Shown here one piece after another: positions 27,509-33,996 of a DNA stretch of 64,000 nucleotides. Source of the stretch: an uncultured Schleiferiaceae bacterium (GTDB lineage Bacteria > Bacteroidota > Bacteroidia > Flavobacteriales > Schleiferiaceae). A program made the translations under genes and the position numbers. Position 1 is the stretch's first letter. Every line of letters begins with the position of its first letter. The DNA is taken from assembly GCA_965655745.1 (NCBI GenBank), contig CBFHHP010000001.1, positions 37,381 to 101,380 on the forward strand, written 5' to 3'. The notes beneath the pieces were generated by a model. The model was not told where the DNA came from. It searched no databases and was given only the letters and a program-made list of their open reading frames with translations.

Positions 27509-28046
27509 CAGTTACGTCAAATACTACCTCGATATCAGTTTCACCACCTGCGTTGGTGATGTCGCCACCGCTAACGCCTGTTGCAGTTTTCGCTGGCTCG
27601 TGACGCAAAGTAATCGTGTAGCTCTCCATTCCAGCATCGCCGGTAGTCAACTCAAACGATAAACCAACTGGGTTACCGTCGTTGTCCTGATCTGCGTATG
27701 CGAACATAGAAGCACCTGTAGAGGCAAAGAAAAACTGGTGATCTTCGGCTTCGTCAAAAATCTCAGCAGTCAATTCCTCTGCTGGGTCTTCACTTTCGTT
27801 AAACAAAGTAATTGAACCCGCGTAAGTTGTATTTGGAGCCAATTTGTCTACAGTAATTATTGGCGCATCGCCACCGTCGCCGTCTATATCTTGGAAGTTC
27901 AAAGTAACTGTTGAGCCGCCTGCTTCTAAAGCAACGTTTAGAGTAGTAATCAATTCTTCTTCATGAGGATCCGTTGGATCGTTTGGTTCACAAGAAAAGA
28001 GACTGACTGCGAGCAGTGCTACTGGTAGTATTTTCAAGGTTTTCAT
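27501..28046 (-). CDS. acidic lipoprotein of unknown function, first gene of the TBDR/Fur operon
   Basis: The lipobox is AVSLFSC. The mature part is very Asp/Glu-rich (DIDGDGGDAP, DQDNDGNP). It overlaps the TBDR gene by 8 nt. Confidence 0.55.
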   Translation of the reverse strand: MKTLKILPVALLAVSLFSCEPNDPTDPHEEELITTLNVALEAGGSTVTLNFQDIDGDGGDAPIITVDKLAPNTTYAGSITLFNESEDPAEELTAEIFDEAEDHQFFFASTGASMFAYADQDNDGNPVGLSFELTTGDAGMESYTITLRHEPAKTATGVSGGDITNAGGETDIEVVFDVTVE

Positions 28047-28088
28047 CTTTGAAGTATTTAGAGCGAAGTTACATGAAATAATCTTTTA

Positions 28089-28103
28089 TGCAACAATGTT
28101 GCA
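28089..28103. promoter_or_regulatory. perfect 15-bp palindrome TGCAACAATGTTGCA, candidate operator for the Fur-family regulator
   Basis: The arms are 7 bp around a central A. It lies 43-57 bp upstream of the lipoprotein ATG at 28046. Confidence 0.35.
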
Positions 28104-28187
28104 GAAATGAAAAGAAAATAAATTGCTGCATGTACATTGGCGTAACATTTGCATTAAGTTTACCCTAACCAATTTAAAATCAAACAT

Positions 28188-28961
28188 ATGAAACGATTAT
28201 TTGCAGTATTAGCTCTTGCTTTTCTTTCTTCTTGTGTTATTGTCGATCCGGGTTATGTCGGGGTGAAATCAACCTTAGGGAAACTAAAGCCAAAGGCCTA
28301 TCAACCTGGCCTAATGACCGTGAATCCTCTCATTACTAGAGTGGTAGTAGTGCCTACTAGAACGGTGAATCTTGAGGTTCGCTTAAACCTTCCTTCGAAA
28401 GAGGGCTTGAACGTACTTGCAGAGATCTCTATTTTATACCATATCCAGTCGAGCCAGGCACCAAACGTTATCCAAACAGTAGGTGAGCGCTACGAGGACG
28501 TCATGATTCTTTCTGTATTTAGATCGGCAGCAGCAGATGTTTGTTCGCGCTACATGGCCAAAGACATGCATAGCGGGCAGCGTGCGGTAATTGAGGATGC
28601 CATTAAATCCCATATGGACAGTCTTTTAATTGACCGTGGATTTGTGATTGAAAGTGTGCTAATGAAATCTATTTCATTGCCACCGGGATTGTACGAAGCT
28701 ATCGAAAGTAAGCTAGAGGCAGAACAGATTGCTCAGCGCATGGAGTTTGAACTGCAACAAGAGCGCCTGGAAGCTCAACGCAAGAAAATTGAAGCCCAGG
28801 GTGTAAGGGATGCACAACAGGTATTAGCCGAAGGCTTATCTGACGAAATCATCAAATGGAGATCGTTAGAAGTCTTAGAAAAGCTCAGTGCCTCACCGAA
28901 TGCGAAGCTCATTATTACAGACGGTAATGCACCAGTGTTAATCAACGAGGACGGGAAGTAA
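28188..28961 (+). CDS. SPFH/Band 7 (prohibitin/HflC-like) family lipoprotein
   Basis: The lipobox is LAFLSSC. ...VDPGYVGVKSTLGKL.... is followed by an EAEQ.AQRMEFELQQERLEAQRKKIEAQG coiled-coil tail. Confidence 0.75.
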   Translation: MKRLFAVLALAFLSSCVIVDPGYVGVKSTLGKLKPKAYQPGLMTVNPLITRVVVVPTRTVNLEVRLNLPSKEGLNVLAEISILYHIQSSQAPNVIQTVGERYEDVMILSVFRSAAADVCSRYMAKDMHSGQRAVIEDAIKSHMDSLLIDRGFVIESVLMKSISLPPGLYEAIESKLEAEQIAQRMEFELQQERLEAQRKKIEAQGVRDAQQVLAEGLSDEIIKWRSLEVLEKLSASPNAKLIITDGNAPVLINEDGK

Positions 28962-28984
28962 TTTTCATCAAAAAAATCACTTTT

Positions 28985-29016
28985 AGCCGGGTCCAATTTT
29001 GGATCCGGTTTTTTTA
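28985..29016 (+). terminator. rho-independent terminator after the SPFH gene
   Basis: Stem CCGGGTCC, loop AATTTT, stem GGATCCGG, then TTTTTTT. Confidence 0.6.
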
Positions 29017-29102
29017 TGCCTCAAACCTACCCGAATCACTGAATTATTCAATCAATCAAAACACTCAATCAAGTAATTTCAAGCTAGTATTTGAAAAAAT
29101 TT

Positions 29103-29176
29103 ATGTTCGGAATATTCCGAACACACGTTTGGAATTACGTGTAATTCCAGCATCCCAGTGTTTTCAGTATCTTCAC
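29103..29176 (+). repeat. repeat module A1: a 20-bp perfect palindrome TGTTCGGAATATTCCGAACA, then a second palindrome TGGAATTAC-GT-GTAATTCCA, then a conserved tail
   Basis: It shares about 80% of positions, by eye, with A2 (29342-29415) over 74 bp. Its first ~50 bp also match A3 in inverted orientation. Confidence 0.75.
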
Positions 29177-29216
29177 GAAGACACCAAATCAAAAACTAAA
29201 CTAGGATATGATTAAT

Positions 29217-29245
29217 GACCGAGGGTTCGATTCCGTCCATCACCA
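29217..29245 (+). other. tRNA 3'-end-like fragment (T-arm plus acceptor 3' strand), probable integration scar
   Basis: gaccGAGGGTTCGATTCCGTCcatcaccA has a GGTTCGATTCC T-loop consensus, a 5-bp T-stem with one mismatch, a 7-nt acceptor strand and a discriminator. There is no 5' half upstream. Confidence 0.45.
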
Positions 29246-29281
29246 GGTTACGATTAGGGGTTACGGCAGGGGTTACGATTT
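29246..29281 (+). repeat. 3 x 12-bp tandem repeat (GGTTACGATTAG / GGGTTACGGCAG / GGGTTACGATTT)
   Basis: I read it directly from the sequence, immediately after the tRNA-like fragment. Confidence 0.7.
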
Positions 29282-29341
29282 TCAACCCTTTTCGACAGTT
29301 GTCGCCCTCACTTCGCATAGCCAGCTTCTGTTACGTATTCA

Positions 29342-29415
29342 TTGTTCGGAATATTCCGAACAGACGTTTGGAACCACGTATAAATCTATAATCCTAGTGT
29401 CTTCAGTATCTTCAC
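29342..29415 (+). repeat. repeat module A2 (direct copy of A1 with a degenerate second palindrome)
   Basis: ttgttcggaatattccgaacagacgtttggaaccacgtataaatctataatcctagtgtcttcagtatcttcac aligns to A1 without gaps. Confidence 0.75.
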
Positions 29416-29549
29416 TAATGGATCAAAATAGGATTTCATTCTCAAATTAAAGAAGGGTCAAGGATTTGGTTGCCATACTCTGCGTCGGTTAATTATTTAC
29501 CGAACACTTGGTTTTTACCAATTATTAGGTGTTTAATGAACCTCATATG

Positions 29550-29599
29550 TGTTGGAATTACACGTGATTCCAAACGTCTGTTCGGTAAATACCGAACAT
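29550..29599 (-). repeat. repeat module A3 (inverted copy of the A1/A2 core)
   Basis: Its reverse complement, atgttcggtatttaccgaacagacgtttggaatcacgtgtaattccaaca, matches A1. It ends 54 bp before the transposase ATG. Confidence 0.75.
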
Positions 29600-29653
29600 T
29601 TTGCCTTTCAGCAACAAGCCTTCATGTTTGAATTTGAACCTTAAATTCTAAAT

Positions 29654-30967
29654 ATGATGCATGGTAATTCAAAGTATCCATTAGAGCTCAAATTTGCCGT
29701 TTGTTGCGGTGAGGAGCTAAAACACTTTTCAAAAAGTGACATTCGAAAAATTCCGAGAGCAACGCTTTCTGAATGGCGAAAAACACCGATTTCAAAGTTT
29801 GTTAATCAATTCGAGAATGGGGCCGAGCACCCAACTGTGATTAAATATCTATCGCGGCAGGATGAAGAATTGGAACGTAATAAGCAGGCCATAGAGTCCT
29901 ACATGACCTTCGTACGCTTTGTAAAAGACGCCATGGGTGTCAAGAGTTTTACACGGATGTTAGGCGAAAACAAGGAAAAGTTCGTAGAAGTGGTCGAGGG
30001 GCTTGAAGGGTTGGTCACCAAACAGTATTTTCTCGAACATGCGGGTATTACCAGAAATAGATATTGGGTCTGGAAGAATATCCTAGAGATGAATTGTTCC
30101 TTAACCACAGATAAAATATGTGCTAGACGAACCCCGAATAAGATAAGGGACGCTGAACGTAAATTATGTCGAGAGTTAGTTATGGCCGGTGGCGAGAATA
30201 AAAATGTTATTTATGCGCATGCCATTCGTAAGGGTCAAATTGCCATGGGACGAGGTACTTTCTATTACATGGTGAAAGATTTAACTACCACGAAGCAAAT
30301 GAAAACCTATAAGCCACAACCCATCAAGATAAGGGCTGAAAATGTCCATGATATATGGCACGCCGATGTTTCAATTATCAAAACTATCTACGGTGAAAAA
30401 TGGTATTTGTATTGCATCGTTGATAATGCATCTAGAGGTATTGTGAATTGGCGATTGTCCGACAAGCTTAGGAAGTCCATATCAGCTGATGTATTGAGAG
30501 AAGCATTCTTGAAGTATAATCCTGACAAGCTCATTTATATGACGGATGGTGGTAGTGAGAACCGTAAAATAATCGATACTGAACTGCTCTATATGTATTT
30601 TAAAGTGACCCATTGGATAGCAGGGAAGAGTGTCATGGCTTCAAATTCTATGATCGAGCGCGTTTTTCATACGTTAAAAAATGAGTTTGGTTCGGTTCAC
30701 GTTGCTCGAGACGGGGTACAGTTAGAACAGATCCTCAGTTCGACTATCGATGCTTATATGAACAGGCCGCATTCCGCCCATGGGATATATACACCGTTAG
30801 AAGTTCTTGAAGGTAGAGATAACTGGCTTGATGTGAAGAAAGTCATTGCGGATGCCAAGAAGAAAAGGGTAGAGGCAAATAAAGTTGCTCGCTGCGAAAA
30901 CTGTTCATGTTCGGTCGAAGAAGGCTGTAGTGAAGGTGTCGGTGAAAACGGTAATGGCCAAAAATAG
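29654..30967 (+). mobile_element. DDE-type (rve/retroviral-integrase fold) transposase or integrase gene, IS481/IS3-like catalytic core
   Basis: 437 aa. The DDE triad candidates are WHADVS, MTDGGSEN and NSMIERVFHTLKNEF, with about 36 aa between the second D and E and a K at E+7. A YMNRPHSAHGIYTPLEV tail follows. There is a long N-terminal region of about 230 aa and a Cys-rich C-terminus CENCSCSVEEGC. Confidence 0.65.
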
Positions 30968-30972
30968 GTTAG

Positions 30973-31005
30973 ATCCCAGTCGTTCTAGTGGCTGGGATTT
31001 TTTTT
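30973..31005 (+). terminator. rho-independent terminator after the transposase gene
   Basis: ATCCCAG...CTGGGAT stem followed by TTTTTTTT. Confidence 0.5.
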
Positions 31006-31132
31006 CGCTTCGCTCAAAAGATCCCTGGAGGGGAACCGTCCCAAAAACACATGAAAACCAGTCCGCCTCCGGCGTTCTGTATTTTTTATACCCATCCCGC
31101 TCACTGAAGCGAGCTTCGTTCGCGAATGGGCA

Positions 31133-31159
31133 TAAAAAAACCAGCGTAAAACGCTGGTT
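31133..31159 (-). terminator. terminator hairpin downstream of tRNA-Ser(UGA)
   Basis: AACCAGCG/CGCTGGTT stem with a 5-nt loop, followed on the minus strand by a T-run. Confidence 0.55.
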
Positions 31160-31174
31160 TTCAGGTGTTTTCGG

Positions 31175-31259
31175 CGGAGAGAGAGGGATTCGAACCCCCG
31201 GTACCTCTCGGTACGCTGGTTTTCAAGACCAGTGCATTCGACCACTCTGCCATCTCTCC
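31175..31259 (-). tRNA. tRNA-Ser (anticodon UGA)
   Basis: The reverse complement reads GGAGAGATGGCAGAGTGGTCGAATGCACTGGTCTTGAAAACCAGCGTACCGAGAGGTACCGGGGGTTCGAATCCCTCTCTCTCCG. The acceptor stem is 7 bp. The anticodon arm is CTGGT-CTTGAAA-ACCAG. It has a long variable arm (class II) and a TTCGAAT T-loop. Confidence 0.9.
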
Positions 31260-31348
31260 GATAGGAAGTAAAGCTACTTCCTGAGTGGGCGGCAAATTTA
31301 AACAGGAATTCGTGTTTTGCAAGGGCAATTTTGCAATTATCTTTGAGG

Positions 31349-32824
31349 ATGATGAAATCTTTCTTTAAAGTCATATTTCTACTTGCACTGACTACTTCAA
31401 CTAAAGCGCAGGAGTTGCGCTTTGGATTGCAGCCTATCCAATATGTGAGTGAGACTCAAGGTCCTTATGTGGACTTTTTCAGTACGCTTGACGCAAGCAC
31501 CATTGCCTTTGAAATGGATGCGGATTCAATCTGGCATGCACGGTTTAAGGTGGCTTTGTCCTTTGAGGGTAAGGTAGATGTAGTTCGATTTGAATATACC
31601 AGTGAAGATTCCGCCTCGAGTGCGCCCTTAATGTTGCAAAAGAGTACGTTCACTTTTGATGACACTAAAGAGATAGAGAAGAGACCGTTGGAGATCTTTC
31701 TATACGACGAGGTGTCCAATAGTGACTGGAGTTTTAGCGATACTCTCGAATATGTTGCTAGCGATTTTTGGCTGTCGCAGCCGGTGTTGCTTGATGATGT
31801 AGAGGAGGTTCCTGTGAACTATGTGAAACGAGGAGTTTCTGTAGTTCCGGTGGCGTCTTTAGGACTGCCGGTATTTGAAAATGAATCGACTTTGAGCATG
31901 TATACAGAAGGCTTTGTAGCCTCAGGCAAATACATTCTCCAGTACAAATTGACGGATGCTTACGGCAATATTATTCCTGGGACTTCAGGGTTTGCACGTT
32001 GTAATACAGGGAGTACGCCGGTCTACAATAAAATTGATTTTTCATCCCAAAAAAGCGGTCAATATGAATATTCCATCGTAATGTTAGACAGTACTGGTCA
32101 AGCAGTTGCTGAGCGCATTAGCCCTTTTTACTGGTACAACGACAAGGCGGATGAAGCCGCGTGGAACGGCCCCGAGGTGAGTGTTACTCGTGCGGTATTT
32201 GAAAATGGCTGGGGCCTGTGGTCTCAGGTCAATGAATACTTACGTATGATTGCGCCTGTAGCAACTATGTCAGAGCGCCGCATTATGACCAACTTAAAAG
32301 ATTCCAAGGATACGGCTAGAATTGCATCGTTCATCGTGAATTTTTGGACGGATAAAAATGCGATGGATCCGTTAGGAGAGTGGAAGGGCTATTTGGTAGT
32401 GGTCGATAAAGTAGACCAAGAGTTTGGAAGCAGAACTGTACCAGGCTACAGGTCTCAGATGGGCCGAGTTTTCCTCCAATATGGTGCGCCTTCACTTGTG
32501 GAGGAACGTTCGTTCGACGGTCGTAACTATCCGTACCAAGTTTGGCAATACGATCAATTAAAGAGTTCAAGTACCCCGGTGCAGCAGAATCAGGTGTTCA
32601 TCTTTGTGGACCAGGAGCTCATAGGCCGTCAATACACGCTTATTCATAGTTCTGCTTTGGGTGAGGTGAAGGATCACAAGTGGCAGTATCATTTGACACG
32701 CCATACCAATGCAGGTCCTGATATTGATGCGACCTCTACCCAATACAGCAGGGATAACTTTGGAGAGCGAATTTCTAATTCAATCATTATTGGTAATCAA
32801 GGAACGTGGTTCGATAGATTTTAA
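31349..32824 (+). CDS. GWxTD domain-containing secreted protein
   Basis: The signal peptide is MMKSFFKVIFLLALTTSTKAQ. The C-terminal region FWTDKNAMDP...GYRSQMGRVFLQYGAPS...PYQVWQY resembles the GWxTD family. The start is ATG 31349 because the ORF-track start is a TTG. Confidence 0.6.
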   Translation: MMKSFFKVIFLLALTTSTKAQELRFGLQPIQYVSETQGPYVDFFSTLDASTIAFEMDADSIWHARFKVALSFEGKVDVVRFEYTSEDSASSAPLMLQKSTFTFDDTKEIEKRPLEIFLYDEVSNSDWSFSDTLEYVASDFWLSQPVLLDDVEEVPVNYVKRGVSVVPVASLGLPVFENESTLSMYTEGFVASGKYILQYKLTDAYGNIIPGTSGFARCNTGSTPVYNKIDFSSQKSGQYEYSIVMLDSTGQAVAERISPFYWYNDKADEAAWNGPEVSVTRAVFENGWGLWSQVNEYLRMIAPVATMSERRIMTNLKDSKDTARIASFIVNFWTDKNAMDPLGEWKGYLVVVDKVDQEFGSRTVPGYRSQMGRVFLQYGAPSLVEERSFDGRNYPYQVWQYDQLKSSSTPVQQNQVFIFVDQELIGRQYTLIHSSALGEVKDHKWQYHLTRHTNAGPDIDATSTQYSRDNFGERISNSIIIGNQGTWFDRF

Positions 32825-32830
32825 GCTCGG

Positions 32831-33856
32831 ATGAAAGAAAAGATTGCGGTTGCCATCCTGAATTGGAACGGAAAAGCCTTATTAGAAAAATACTTGCCAG
32901 GCGTTATTGAAGATAGCAAGCCACATCCGGTATATGTCATTGATAACGACAGCAGTGACGACAGCGTTGCCTATGTTGAGACCCATTTTCCAGAGGTTAA
33001 GATCATTCAGACCGGTGAGAATTTGGGGTATGCAGGCGGCTACAACGAAGGTTTGAAGCCCTTGAAGGAGAAGTACGCAGTGCTGTTAAATAGCGATGTT
33101 AGAACAACTCCTGGATGGTTGGAACCCATCATGGGACATTTTGAGAAGTATCCTAATTGTGGGGCAGTACAACCGAAGATTCGTTGGGATCGTGAACCTG
33201 AGAAGTTCGAATACGCTGGGGCTTCTGGAGGATTTATCGATGCTTTAGGCTACCCATTTTGCCGCGGACGGGTTCTTCATGAGCTTGAAGTGGATGGTGG
33301 TCAGTACGATGATGCCCGTCCTGTTTTCTGGGCGACGGGCGCTTGTTTAGCTGTGAATATGGAGGCGTTTGAGCGAGCAGGTAAGTTAGACCCTATGCTG
33401 TTCGCTCATATGGAAGAGATTGATGTTTGCTGGCGTATGCAGCGAGCTGGTTATGAGGTTTGGGTGGAGCCTAAATCTGAGGTTTATCATCTTGGCGGGG
33501 CAACATTAAATGCCGATTCTCCACGAAAAACCTATTTAAACTTCCGCAACAACCTGATTATCCTCGTGAAAAACCTTCCGCAGCTTCGTGCCATGGGGAT
33601 TGTGTTTGCACGACTTATTTTAGACGGCATAGCAGGGGTGAAGTTCGTCCTTGAAGGAAAACCGAAACATACCTTGGCCATACTGCAAGCGCACTTTGCC
33701 TTTTACGGAAGGTTCACTAAAATTCAGCGTACAAGAATGTCGTATAAAGGGTTGCCCTTGTTGCCTTTGAAGAAGCTGAAGGGGACCTATGCGGGGAGCA
33801 TGGTGTGGCAATTTTACGTGCGCGGTCACAAGCACTTTTCTTCGTTTTTCAAGTGA
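32831..33856 (+). CDS. glycosyltransferase family 2
   Basis: IAVAILNWNG...VIDNDSSDDS...LNSDV...EEIDVCWR layout, which is a GT2 rhamnosyl/glucosyl-transferase-like pattern with DxD-type motifs. Confidence 0.8.
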   Translation: MKEKIAVAILNWNGKALLEKYLPGVIEDSKPHPVYVIDNDSSDDSVAYVETHFPEVKIIQTGENLGYAGGYNEGLKPLKEKYAVLLNSDVRTTPGWLEPIMGHFEKYPNCGAVQPKIRWDREPEKFEYAGASGGFIDALGYPFCRGRVLHELEVDGGQYDDARPVFWATGACLAVNMEAFERAGKLDPMLFAHMEEIDVCWRMQRAGYEVWVEPKSEVYHLGGATLNADSPRKTYLNFRNNLIILVKNLPQLRAMGIVFARLILDGIAGVKFVLEGKPKHTLAILQAHFAFYGRFTKIQRTRMSYKGLPLLPLKKLKGTYAGSMVWQFYVRGHKHFSSFFK

Positions 33857-33894
33857 TTTGATTCATTTGTGAATCAAAGTGGCTCAATTTGAGC
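33857..33894. repeat. two adjacent perfect inverted repeats between GT2 and the TBDR gene
   Basis: The first is TTTGATTCA-tttg-TGAATCAAA (33857-33878). The second is GCTCAA-t-TTGAGC (33882-33894). Neither is followed by a T-run, so they could be terminator-like or an operator. Confidence 0.5.
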
Positions 33895-33996
33895 TATGAT
33901 TTACACCCTTGTTAGTGAAAATCTCAGAATTCAAGATTTATTAAAGTCGCGGAGCGGCGCAATTCCTTTAACTTGTCGCTATACAAAATCAAAACT

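Noticed and set aside
29246-29281. Possibility that the tandem 12-mers, or the A1/A2/A3 repeats, form a CRISPR array.
   Set aside because: The units are far too short and directly abutting, with no spacers. The A repeats are 74 bp, only three in number, and one is inverted. There are no cas genes in the window.
29208-29450. 80-aa ORF in the repeat region.
   Set aside because: It spans the tRNA-like fragment, the 12-bp tandem repeats and repeat module A2. I found no start context or motif. It is most likely non-coding.
29548-31051. Candidate IS boundaries: TGTGTT... at 29548 and ...AACACA ending at 31051.
   Set aside because: Only the terminal 6 nt match and no target-site duplication is visible. 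I mention them in a finding but do not annotate them as inverted repeats.
30885-31374. ORFs 30885..31271 (+) and 30985..31374 (-).
   Set aside because: They run through two terminator hairpins and the tRNA-Ser(UGA) gene, so they are not plausible coding sequences.
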